From: an uncultured virus (IMG/VR IMGVR_UViG_3300018478_000073)
Taxonomy: Duplodnaviria > Heunggongvirae > Uroviricota > Caudoviricetes
IMG/VR virus record: IMGVR_UViG_3300018478_000073
DNA: 64,000 nt
Reading direction: 5' to 3' (one strand)
Shown: positions 9,520 through 18,848 of the stretch, piece after piece
Layout of the letters: every line of letters begins with the position of its first letter
How positions within the stretch are numbered: the stretch's first letter is position 1
Notes under the pieces: model-generated
Seen by the model: only the letters and a program-made list of their open reading frames with translations
The model's database searches: none
What the model was told of the DNA's origin: nothing
Position numbers and translations under genes: made by a program

Positions 9520-11649
9520 ATGGACAGTTTAGATAAGTTACAAATAACTGATGGTGTGAGGTATCTTACTAGTGGTTATATAGATTATGCTGAGGAGGTA
9601 ATTTCTGAACGTGCTATTGTAAATATGTATGACGGTTTAAAGCCAGTAAACAGACGTATTTTATGGACAGCTAAGACAAATAATTGTGATAAAAAGTTTA
9701 GAAAAAGCCAGAGATTAGCAGGTGATACATTAGGATATCATCCTCACGGAGATGCTTCAATATATAAGGCAAGTATTCCTATGGTAGACAGCAGAGGAGC
9801 TCAGGCTTTCCCTACATTAAAAGGTTTTGGTTCTTTTGGAAATATTTCATCTGGTGAGTCTGCATCTGCACCAAGATACACGGAGGAGATGTTACACCCT
9901 AATTCAGTGGAATTTTTTGGTGAGTTAGACGGTATCAGGTTGATTCCAAACTTTGATGGAACATTAAGCGAACCAGAGGTACTTCCAGTAAGTTTTCCTA
10001 ACGTACTGGTGAATGCTTCAGAGGGTATTGCTATTGGTTTTAGCAGTAAGATTCCATCTTTTAACTTTAATGATGTAATGGACTTGTGTATTGAGTATAT
10101 TGATGACGGTGAATGCCACACGGAGATTTACCCAGACTTCGTAACAAGGGGGTATTACATCAAAAACAATAAAGAGATTAAGAAGTTAATGAGAGCAGGA
10201 AAGGCTTCTATTAAGTTAAGAGGCAAAGCAACAATACAGGGTAAGAATATCCTTATTACAGAAGTACCTTATGGCAAGAGTGCATTAACTCTTAAGAAAG
10301 AAATTGAAAACAGTAATATCCAAAATATTAAGAGTATTGGTAACGTATCAGACTATACAGGTGCGGGGTTACTTATCGAGTGCAAGTCAAAGAATGCAGT
10401 AGATGGTGTATTGTATGATATCTATAAGAACACAAGTTTTCAGTATTCATATGGAGCAAACTTAGTTGTTGTTAAAGATGGTTCACCTAAGCAGATGGGT
10501 GTATGGAGTATTATCGGAGACTGGGTAGAGTGGCGAAAGGGGGTAGTCGAGAGACACCTCAAACAAGAGCTTGATTCTCACAAGAAGCGCATGAGAGAAT
10601 GCGAGGCATTTATGAATCTTATCAATCTGGGTGATGTTAAGAATGAATTTGTGCAGAGGGTATCTTTATACGGAAGAAAAGAGGCTACATCTTGGTTAAG
10701 ACCGCATATCAAAGATTTAGTACCAGATGACTTGGTAGAATTTGTGACAAAGCAAAGGTTAGACTACTATCACACAGGGGGTAAATTTGCAACACAGTAC
10801 GAGGCTTCAAAGGAAGAGTTAAGAAATATTGAGACGAAACTTAGTGACCTTGATAAAACCATTAGAGACCAGATTGTAAGGTTAAAGGAAGTATATGGCT
10901 CTAATTTACCTAGAATGACAGAGGTAACAACTATTGACTACGAATTTGAGTCAGAAAAGGAAGAACCTATTAAGGATACCTCTTCATGTGTATATGCCGT
11001 TAAGAATAACTTCTTAAAGAAGCTGAAATACGTGGATATGAGCAGCGAGTACGACTTCCAGTTTGAGGGTACTGCTAGTGATACACTTGTAGCATTCGAT
11101 AATTTAGGACGAGTTTTAAGAATCAACGGACAAGATATTGATATCATGAGTCCTGCTGAAATGGGGTTATACTTACCTAGATTCCTTGCTATGGGAGATG
11201 TACCAGAGGATTACAGGGTAATGTGGATGGGTGTAGTTGATGGAAGTGAAAAGACACTTATTTACAATGATGGTACTGTAGGTTTCTTGGATACATCAGA
11301 GTGGCTTGAGTCAAACCGTCAGGTGAGAGTACTTAAGAATGGTGTAAATTCGGAGGCAGGTAATGTAGTAGCCGTACTTGATGAGTTACCAGAAGCACTT
11401 GTAGCATTAGACAGCCAAGGGGGTATTGGTTGGGTTGACACAAGTACAATCAAACATAAATTCAGAACAGCAAGAACAAGAGTGTGGAGTTTGAGAAAGG
11501 GTACTGTACTTGCAGGATTATGCTGTTGCAGTCTTGTCGATGTAACAGTAATGTTGAATAATATGAGCAATTACGAAGCACCAAGAATTAGAAATCTTGC
11601 TTCAGCCGATGACTACAGAGGTGATGGAACTGAGTTTATGAGTTTATAA
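9520..11649 (+). CDS. gyrA: Type IIA topoisomerase A subunit (GyrA/ParC-like)
   Basis: DGLKPVNRRIL, YHPHGD, catalytic APRYTE, LVNASEGIAIG; AAGGAG RBS before ATG 9520; no GyrA-box seen, so may be ParC-like. Confidence 0.9.
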   Translation: MDSLDKLQITDGVRYLTSGYIDYAEEVISERAIVNMYDGLKPVNRRILWTAKTNNCDKKFRKSQRLAGDTLGYHPHGDASIYKASIPMVDSRGAQAFPTLKGFGSFGNISSGESASAPRYTEEMLHPNSVEFFGELDGIRLIPNFDGTLSEPEVLPVSFPNVLVNASEGIAIGFSSKIPSFNFNDVMDLCIEYIDDGECHTEIYPDFVTRGYYIKNNKEIKKLMRAGKASIKLRGKATIQGKNILITEVPYGKSALTLKKEIENSNIQNIKSIGNVSDYTGAGLLIECKSKNAVDGVLYDIYKNTSFQYSYGANLVVVKDGSPKQMGVWSIIGDWVEWRKGVVERHLKQELDSHKKRMRECEAFMNLINLGDVKNEFVQRVSLYGRKEATSWLRPHIKDLVPDDLVEFVTKQRLDYYHTGGKFATQYEASKEELRNIETKLSDLDKTIRDQIVRLKEVYGSNLPRMTEVTTIDYEFESEKEEPIKDTSSCVYAVKNNFLKKLKYVDMSSEYDFQFEGTASDTLVAFDNLGRVLRINGQDIDIMSPAEMGLYLPRFLAMGDVPEDYRVMWMGVVDGSEKTLIYNDGTVGFLDTSEWLESNRQVRVLKNGVNSEAGNVVAVLDELPEALVALDSQGGIGWVDTSTIKHKFRTARTRVWSLRKGTVLAGLCCCSLVDVTVMLNNMSNYEAPRIRNLASADDYRGDGTEFMSL

Positions 11650-11662
11650 TACGATTTTTAAT

Positions 11663-11741
11663 ACACTCATATGGTAATTATTAGGTATTAATGCATTAAG
11701 CGATAATAAAAGATACCGATTACCATATTGAGTGTGTTTTT
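11663..11741 (+). terminator. Long imperfect hairpin + T tract (terminator or processing site)
   Basis: ACACTCA-TATGGTAAT ... ATTACCATA-T-TGAGTGT then TTTTT. Confidence 0.6.
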
Positions 11742-11767
11742 ATATTGAGCAGTAGGAGGGATTAAAT

Positions 11768-12484
11768 ATGCAATTTAGAAGTATACAGGCGGTAACAGAT
11801 GATAGGGTTTACAGTATTAACTTACCAGATAAGGGTGTTATTTCTTTAGATGGTAATAGCGCTAGTAAATCTTATATTTTAACTATGATATGTACTGTAT
11901 TAGGGTTAGACTACAGTAGCACAATAAACAAAGAGGCTAAGGGGGTATTAAGGACAAAGGCGTCTTTAGGCTTTTTAAATGGAAATTTGACATTGAGTGA
12001 TGGTTCTGTGACAATGAGGGGTAAAGTACCATACATACATTGTGTATACTTAAACGCAGAGTCAGTTGGCGTATCCAGTTTTTTCATATCAGATATTGTA
12101 AAGCGTAACAGTATAGATATCGATATGACTAGATATACTAGTGATATAGAAGAGAAAGATTGGGTACGACTATTAAGTTTGTATAATAAGTATGCAGGGT
12201 TTGAGAGTGCTAGAATAGTAACCTATCCAGATGGCTCTAAGAAACTTGAATTTAATGGTATGACACGAGAACTTGAAACAGCTTATTTATTATTATCAGA
12301 GTCATTTTTGACTCCATCTGACTACATACGAATTGTTTTAATACCTGAGTTATCGTATATAGATAATAATAGGTTAGTGGAGCTTGTAAGGCTTATGAGT
12401 CATATAAGACAGCTAGAGATGATTATTATTGCGAATGACGTTGATTTGAGTAAGAATACTTTTATTTCAAGCGTTAGTTGTTAA
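11768..12484 (+). CDS. Hypothetical protein, possibly a degenerate ABC-type ATPase
   Basis: VISLDGNSASKS (Walker-A-like), IVLIPE (Walker-B-like), QLEMIII. Confidence 0.45.
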   Translation: MQFRSIQAVTDDRVYSINLPDKGVISLDGNSASKSYILTMICTVLGLDYSSTINKEAKGVLRTKASLGFLNGNLTLSDGSVTMRGKVPYIHCVYLNAESVGVSSFFISDIVKRNSIDIDMTRYTSDIEEKDWVRLLSLYNKYAGFESARIVTYPDGSKKLEFNGMTRELETAYLLLSESFLTPSDYIRIVLIPELSYIDNNRLVELVRLMSHIRQLEMIIIANDVDLSKNTFISSVSC

Positions 12485-12503
12485 TTAGATAAGGAGATAG
12501 TTT

Positions 12504-13997
12504 ATGAGTGATGAAGTTTTATTGACACCAGAGGAAAGGTTACAGGAGTTATCAGATATTATTCTTGCTAATATTGTGTGTAAAGATGACGACTCTATGG
12601 AAAAGAGAAGATACTTATATGGTCAGTTACCAGTTAAGGTTTTCAGAGATGAGAATTTTGTATTATATGGTATACTGTTTAACTTTAAAGATAAGGGTAT
12701 CACACCGGATGAGGATTTCATGAAAATGTACTTATTAAGAAATACAAAGCAGTTAAAAGATAGTTACGAGTACATTGACTTATCTGCTTATGCAGACCAA
12801 GATGAGAACCCATTCGTAGGGTACATCTCTGCAGTAGTCAAGAGATTTATCAGATTAAAGGGCATGGATAAATGCTCATACTCTGACTTTAAATTATATA
12901 TTGAGAAGTATAAGTCAGAGTTTAGTTCTATCGAGATGAATAAGGCTTACTCACTTGCAAGACAAATCTTATACGAGGGGGTACAGATAGGAAAGAGGTT
13001 TTATCAAGGGTTTGAGGATAGTAATACTTACATTAAGCATGTAAGCGGTAATATTGAGAATTTGCTTGATAATTCAATTGGGGATGGTTTTATTGATAGT
13101 AGAAAAGAGGCTATCATAGACAATGAGAGGTCACAGCCAGAGAAGATAGGAGACTTCGATTTAATTGACGAGTTAAATGAAGCACTAGGGGGTATTTATA
13201 CATCACTTTTATACAACGTTATTGCCCCTACAAAGGGTGGTAAGTCAAAATTCACTGCAAGGATTGTCCATACTGCTGTCGTACGTTATGGTACTAATGT
13301 TTCTGTATGGGCATATGAGGGTGGATATGAAGCATGGTGGGCGCAGTTAAGAGCAATTCACTATGAATATATGTATATAAGAAATGCTTCATCAGTAGGA
13401 GATAAGGTTGCACCTTTATCGCAGGCAGATATTTTACTTGGTAATTACCCATCTGAGGCTATTAGAAGTCTTGAAGAGGCTTCAAGATTGGATTTATTTA
13501 CAAATCCTAATTATGGGGTAATTAATATGATTAACAGACCATTTAATGTCGAAACATTTATAGATGATATTGATACATCTGTCAAGACAAATATGTCAAA
13601 AATGGTGTTGATTGATTACTTACAGTTAATCAATAGTGAGTCTAAGGGTAAAAAGTCAAATGAGATCGTAAAAGACGCTTACAAGAAGGCTTTACAGTAT
13701 TGTAAAGACAGGAATGTAGCTATTATAACTCCTGCTCAGTTTACTCAGGAATTCATTAAGGAGATGGCACATAGTAAGAACGGTGGTTCACCAGAGACCC
13801 GTACCGCAGGTGGAGAAAGTTCTGAAGTTATACGAGCTTCTGATATTAATATAGCACTGTATGCATCTATCGATGACTTACAGCGGAGGGAAATGTCTAT
13901 TATGAGTGTACCGTCACGTTTGTCAGTTTCATTTCCAATGTTTCAGATTTATGCTGACTTATGTAGTTGTGTATTCTCAAGTATAGTAGATGAGTAA
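12504..13997 (+). CDS. dnaB: DnaB-like (SF4) replicative helicase
   Basis: APTKGGKS Walker A, VLIDYLQLI, IITPAQ, ASDINIAL. Confidence 0.85.
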   Translation: MSDEVLLTPEERLQELSDIILANIVCKDDDSMEKRRYLYGQLPVKVFRDENFVLYGILFNFKDKGITPDEDFMKMYLLRNTKQLKDSYEYIDLSAYADQDENPFVGYISAVVKRFIRLKGMDKCSYSDFKLYIEKYKSEFSSIEMNKAYSLARQILYEGVQIGKRFYQGFEDSNTYIKHVSGNIENLLDNSIGDGFIDSRKEAIIDNERSQPEKIGDFDLIDELNEALGGIYTSLLYNVIAPTKGGKSKFTARIVHTAVVRYGTNVSVWAYEGGYEAWWAQLRAIHYEYMYIRNASSVGDKVAPLSQADILLGNYPSEAIRSLEEASRLDLFTNPNYGVINMINRPFNVETFIDDIDTSVKTNMSKMVLIDYLQLINSESKGKKSNEIVKDAYKKALQYCKDRNVAIITPAQFTQEFIKEMAHSKNGGSPETRTAGGESSEVIRASDINIALYASIDDLQRREMSIMSVPSRLSVSFPMFQIYADLCSCVFSSIVDE

Positions 13998-14017
13998 TTT
14001 TTATCAGGAGGTGTGTT

Positions 14018-14362
14018 ATGAAATCGTCAAGTAAGGTATTAGCCGTGGTAGGGGGTATTTCATCATGTGTTGGGGTTTTGCTTTTACGAAGAGTTTATTC
14101 AAACAAGACAAAGCTTTTTAGGAACAGTGATACAGCTGACAGGTACATTAGATTTTCAAGTTTACTTAGTGATGAGGGTAATGTGGACTACGTATTGTCA
14201 AACTACAGTGATAAGGAGAAAATAGAGTTAGCTGATGCAATATTCTCAGTTTCCTTATTCAAACTTGCTCTAAAGAGGTCTGAGGCATGTTCTTGTAGCG
14301 GAAGTAATGAGTTTAGCTCTATGTGTAGTGAGGAGCCTTTTGATGAAGATATAGATGGGTAG
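14018..14362 (+). CDS. Hypothetical protein with N-terminal hydrophobic anchor
   Basis: AGGAGG RBS; ORF in operon context. Confidence 0.65.
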   Translation: MKSSSKVLAVVGGISSCVGVLLLRRVYSNKTKLFRNSDTADRYIRFSSLLSDEGNVDYVLSNYSDKEKIELADAIFSVSLFKLALKRSEACSCSGSNEFSSMCSEEPFDEDIDG

Positions 14363-14372
14363 GTGATACAGT

Positions 14373-14726
14373 ATGAGTCTTGCAGACATTGCTAATAAGG
14401 CATTAAAGTCTGAAATACGAGGTTTGGTACTTGATAACACTGTGATAGGATTTAGAGTAAAGTGTTATGATGTAAAAACTGATAATTACATGTATTTTGA
14501 TTTCGATGCGGATATAGTAAGAAATATACCTGAGTTGTATCAGTTTTTTAAAGATAATATAAAGTCTTTTAATACTTCACGTCTCATACGAAAAAATGGA
14601 ATGTTGTATACGAGTGAAGAATTAAGAGGTATTTATAACTCTAAAGAACTTGTATCTGCAGACGATACAGTAAGGGTATTAAGACCTGTAATATTGCTTT
14701 ACAAGAGGGGGTATCTGAATGTATAG
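14373..14726 (+). CDS. Hypothetical protein
   Basis: AGGTG RBS; ORF. Confidence 0.65.
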   Translation: MSLADIANKALKSEIRGLVLDNTVIGFRVKCYDVKTDNYMYFDFDADIVRNIPELYQFFKDNIKSFNTSRLIRKNGMLYTSEELRGIYNSKELVSADDTVRVLRPVILLYKRGYLNV

Positions 14727-16965
14727 TGTACTAGCAAAGTATGGAAGTGATTATGCTATAATGAATAGTGATACTTCGGAGATAGAGGTATTAACAGAAA
14801 GAGACTTATGTATTGTGTTATACTTCGGAACTCAAATCAAGGGGGTATCGTTTGACGGGATAGGTAATCTAGTAGAGACAGAGACTATACGTGTTCTAAG
14901 TAAGGAGGATATCTACAGAGACGAAGATGATAATGAGACAGTAGAGTTTGACTATGAAGATTCCGAAGAGTACGAGGATACGGAAGAGTACGAAGATTTG
15001 GAAGAGTATGAATATTCTGAAGAGTACGAAGATTTAGAAGATTCTGAAGATGAAGAAGAGTATGAAGATTTCGAAGACTACGAGGATACAGAAGAGTACG
15101 AAGACGAGGACGAGTATGAAGAGGAAGAGTATTATGATTATGACAAGTCAGACGTAGGCAAGTTATATGACATGCTCAGCCCAGACCAAGAAAAACTTTT
15201 AAAGAGGTACTACTTATGGTATAGTCAAAGGTTGTTTAGTGAGGCACAGAAAGACCCTACATTTGGTATGAAGGATAAGAACCGTATCAAGGCAAAGAAA
15301 GAGCAGTTAGACTCATTAAAATTACAAGGGGGTATGTGGCACTATGCAGGTTTTATAGATACTGGTTATGACGGTGGTGGTTACTGTACACTAGGTCACA
15401 GGCTAAGATATCTACATATAGCTTGGGATATTACACAATCTGACATAGAGGCTACATTTTTCGGTCAAGACTATGATAAGGATATTGAGGAAATCATAGA
15501 AAATAACAGCGACTGTATTATTTTTGGTATCAAGTGTATCTCAGACTTTTTCGAAGTAGATAAAACATGTACACAGAACTTACAGAGAGCACAAAGAGAG
15601 TCAATAAAAGATATGGAGCAAATGTATAGTTATTATATGGATGGTATTGTGGATGAGGTTTGTGATTCATTCAGTAATATGGATACATTTGTAAAGAGAA
15701 TAAAAATACAGGATATGAAAAACAGCATATCTGATAAAGACTATAAACCTATTCTAAGAAATGGCTTAGCTCAGTTCTACTTACAGTTCCGTGAGTTAGG
15801 TATGCCAGTACCAAAGTCACTAGTACAGGAGATGAGAGATAATATTATAGGGTGGGAGAGTCATAAGTTTACTGGATTCCTCGGAAACCCAGTATCTGAG
15901 GTATTCAGTAGAAACCTATGTACACTATTTGGTAAACACTTTAAAGATTATGAGTCTATGCTTATGCCAGTAATGTGCAATAATCTCACTAGGGACTCAT
16001 GGCATATGGGGGTATTTGAGAAGTATATAATAATCACTTTTATGTATGAGATATGTGGATATTACAAGTATAATGGTAAAACAATGAAAGATGAGGGGGG
16101 TAGTTCATATGTTGTACGAACAAATCTACTGGCACTATACCGTATAGTAAATAATTCATTCTTTACAGACGTAGAGTATACTTATGAATATATGCTAAAA
16201 GTAATAAGTTTAGCACCTATGTATGCTGAGTTATACAGTGCTATAAGTGAATTAAACGATTATTACGAAGGGTTAGATTATCAATTAAGGTATAGTGGTG
16301 ATGAAATTGTAACTAAGGTAGACCGTATAGTAAGAGATTTATGTTATTTATCAAGAATTTACTACAAGTCTTACGATTCAGTATCGATAATAACGGGAGA
16401 GAGAATGAGTTTAGTCAGTGCAGAGGGGGTATTAAGAGCCGATATAGACACTGTAAAATCACTCCATACTGAGTTAATAAGTTACTGCGAATCTAAGAAA
16501 GAGAAAGTAGAAGATGCTGTTTCTACAGAGGATATAGAGGTAACTGATGCTACTAGTACAGAGGAAGAACAAAGTGATTCACAAGAGGTAAGTCTTTCAG
16601 ATAATGAGATAATAGAGTATCTAAGAGATGCGAACCTTGAGTCAGTTCCAAGCAATATGAGTTTTAATAAGAGTGTATTAGAGACAGTACTAAAAAGAGG
16701 ACCTGCATCAAGAAATCAGATGTATTATATTAAAAAGTTATATGAGTACCTATCAGGTAATAAGTTAGTTACTGACAATACAAGTAAAAAGTATAATATA
16801 GATGATTTTAAAGATTACGCAAAAGCTATTAAATACATACTAGATGAAAATGAAAAGGACATAGTATACAAGGTTTGTTCTTCAGTAAGTAAGTATGGAA
16901 CATTTACTGAAAAGCAGAAGAAGTATCTTGATATGGCTATGGAGAGGTATGATTCTAGGAGGTAG
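14719..16965 (+). CDS. 748-aa protein with acidic EEYED repeats and putative Zn-binding motif
   Basis: Acidic tract; CTLGHRLRY...FGIKC. Confidence 0.8.
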   Translation: MYSVLAKYGSDYAIMNSDTSEIEVLTERDLCIVLYFGTQIKGVSFDGIGNLVETETIRVLSKEDIYRDEDDNETVEFDYEDSEEYEDTEEYEDLEEYEYSEEYEDLEDSEDEEEYEDFEDYEDTEEYEDEDEYEEEEYYDYDKSDVGKLYDMLSPDQEKLLKRYYLWYSQRLFSEAQKDPTFGMKDKNRIKAKKEQLDSLKLQGGMWHYAGFIDTGYDGGGYCTLGHRLRYLHIAWDITQSDIEATFFGQDYDKDIEEIIENNSDCIIFGIKCISDFFEVDKTCTQNLQRAQRESIKDMEQMYSYYMDGIVDEVCDSFSNMDTFVKRIKIQDMKNSISDKDYKPILRNGLAQFYLQFRELGMPVPKSLVQEMRDNIIGWESHKFTGFLGNPVSEVFSRNLCTLFGKHFKDYESMLMPVMCNNLTRDSWHMGVFEKYIIITFMYEICGYYKYNGKTMKDEGGSSYVVRTNLLALYRIVNNSFFTDVEYTYEYMLKVISLAPMYAELYSAISELNDYYEGLDYQLRYSGDEIVTKVDRIVRDLCYLSRIYYKSYDSVSIITGERMSLVSAEGVLRADIDTVKSLHTELISYCESKKEKVEDAVSTEDIEVTDATSTEEEQSDSQEVSLSDNEIIEYLRDANLESVPSNMSFNKSVLETVLKRGPASRNQMYYIKKLYEYLSGNKLVTDNTSKKYNIDDFKDYAKAIKYILDENEKDIVYKVCSSVSKYGTFTEKQKKYLDMAMERYDSRR
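14953..15140 (+). repeat. Degenerate coding repeat, about 18-bp units (EEYEDx)
   Basis: GAAGAGTACGARGAT-type units read directly. Confidence 0.8.
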
Positions 16966-16971
16966 TTTAAT

Positions 16972-17433
16972 ATGTTATATGTAGTGGGTGTAAGTAGTAT
17001 TTCAGAGGTGGATAGGTTTAAAAGGTATACTGTTTTAGATTTAAAGACATGTAGTAAGGTTACTATGAGTGGAATATCCATTCTAAGAGAGCCTAGGACA
17101 TCATTAAGATTTAATAACTGTGCGTATGTTAATAGAAAGTACACCTTTGATACACCAAATATGCAGATAAGGGTAGCTGATGGTATTGTTATTGTGTATA
17201 CACATGGCATTACTTACATCCTAAAAGGTAAGGGGGTAGTTGGTCTATACAGGGATAAGGACAATGTACATATCCTATACAAGGTTGGTAAGGAAATTAA
17301 AAATTGCTATATCGATACAAGATATGAGGCTTTTATAGGTTGCAATCATTTCAAGTCATTTAGATACGAGTATGAGTTGGATGAAATCTTAGCTTCAAGC
17401 TCAATGAGAAAGAGTATAGGATATTTATTTTAG
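16972..17433 (+). CDS. Hypothetical protein, distant member of the 'DTDD' paralog family
   Basis: MLYVVG...YTVLDLKT N-terminus resembles 28268..28792. Confidence 0.65.
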   Translation: MLYVVGVSSISEVDRFKRYTVLDLKTCSKVTMSGISILREPRTSLRFNNCAYVNRKYTFDTPNMQIRVADGIVIVYTHGITYILKGKGVVGLYRDKDNVHILYKVGKEIKNCYIDTRYEAFIGCNHFKSFRYEYELDEILASSSMRKSIGYLF

Positions 17434-17537
17434 CTCAAAGAGAGTATTAAGTAGGTTATTGATGTACTTATAAATTTTATAATTTATAACTATTATAGTT
17501 ATAAAAATTCTACTGAAATGGAAGGGAGAGATTAGTT

Positions 17538-18221
17538 ATGACAAAGCATAATATGGATAAAGCAGATATTTGTGCTGAAAAAGCTATGAATACTTTATCA
17601 GAAGGTGCAATGTACGCAATCATTCTAGTAGCGAAGCACTTAAAGAACGGAGCATTTTGGGGGTTCACCACTGTATCGGATGCACGTGAGCATGAGTCAG
17701 CAATTAAGAGTGACCCAAGTATCAGAGCCAGATTGATTGGTAAGAAAGACTGTATTATTGAGGTAGACCCATCATATATTGTAAAGAACATTATGCTTGT
17801 TGGCAGTGATATCTTTACAAAGGAAGACATTGATAAGATGCAGTACAACATGGGTTCAGCTACAACTGAGTTTGTAAAGTTTCTTTTGAACAAAGGAATT
17901 GCACAGGAAGGTTTTGGTTCTACAATCGGTATTTATTGTGTAAACAATGTATCCACAATTGCATATAAGGGGGTATCTTATCCTGCGTTCAGGCTAAATA
18001 TGGAGAAGACTCTTCAGCTTTTGTCGCAGTATGGATACTATATCAAGGTAAAAGGAAAGTTCATTCCTGCGTATGATGCACTTAGATGTGGTTCAGCCTT
18101 ATGGGAGTCAACACAGTTATCACCAACAAAGACTGGTGTATTCATCAATATCAAGTCTGGATTTTCTAAGGCACGATTAAATGAATTGAAACATGCATTT
18201 GATGCGAGATATAAAAAATAG
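17538..18221 (+). CDS. Hypothetical protein
   Basis: GGGAG RBS; followed by terminator. Confidence 0.75.
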   Translation: MTKHNMDKADICAEKAMNTLSEGAMYAIILVAKHLKNGAFWGFTTVSDAREHESAIKSDPSIRARLIGKKDCIIEVDPSYIVKNIMLVGSDIFTKEDIDKMQYNMGSATTEFVKFLLNKGIAQEGFGSTIGIYCVNNVSTIAYKGVSYPAFRLNMEKTLQLLSQYGYYIKVKGKFIPAYDALRCGSALWESTQLSPTKTGVFINIKSGFSKARLNELKHAFDARYKK

Positions 18222-18227
18222 TTAAGG

Positions 18228-18260
18228 TAGGGGATAGGTACTTAGCCTACCCCCTATTTT
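18228..18260 (+). terminator. Intrinsic terminator
   Basis: TAGGGGATAGG/CCTACCCCCTA imperfect stem + TTTT. Confidence 0.7.
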
Positions 18261-18278
18261 AATGAGGAGGTAGTTTAG

Positions 18279-18848
18279 ATGTTATCACAGTTAGAAAAGT
18301 ATGTAATAACATATGAGGACAATACAGGGAAAATAGTATGTAATATACCAGATTACTATGATATGTGTGTAGCACCGTTAGCAGGTAAGTTCGCACAGTA
18401 CTCGTTTAATAATGGAGCTGGTAAGGTTGTTTGCCCAATACACGATGACCATGACCCATCATTAGGTTTAATAAGGCATAAGAATGTACCTAAGGTTATG
18501 ATTTATCACTGTTTAGGGTGTGGAGCTGCAGGTACTATTGTAAGGTTTCATCAGCGTATAGAGAGTAAGTACCACAACAGAGATATATCAGTAAAAGAGG
18601 CTTGTATAGAGCTATGTAAGATATTCAACATAGATGTACCGTCTGATGATGTATTTTCTAGTGAAGACTACGAAAAGAAGTATGAGTACTTACTCAGTAG
18701 AGTAGATGTTCTACAAGGAAGGTACACAAGACAGGAATTTGCAGAGAACCTACTATCTTTAAGAAAGCAGGGGGTATCATTAGAAAGGTTAAATTCAGAG
18801 TGCATAAAAATGATTGCTACGGAGAAGGGGTTGTACACATGGAGTTAG
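18279..18848 (+). CDS. Stand-alone CHC2 zinc-finger (DnaG primase Zn-binding domain) protein
   Basis: CPIHDDHDPSL...YHCLGCGAAG; no TOPRIM domain in 189 aa. Confidence 0.8.
   Translation: MLSQLEKYVITYEDNTGKIVCNIPDYYDMCVAPLAGKFAQYSFNNGAGKVVCPIHDDHDPSLGLIRHKNVPKVMIYHCLGCGAAGTIVRFHQRIESKYHNRDISVKEACIELCKIFNIDVPSDDVFSSEDYEKKYEYLLSRVDVLQGRYTRQEFAENLLSLRKQGVSLERLNSECIKMIATEKGLYTWS

Noticed and set aside
6174..13997. Inteins or introns in the topoisomerase and helicase genes
   Set aside because: Protein lengths are ordinary and no splice-junction or homing-nuclease motifs were seen
17460..17510. AT-rich inverted repeat as a replication origin
   Set aside because: Low-complexity symmetry with no iterons or DnaA-box cluster visible
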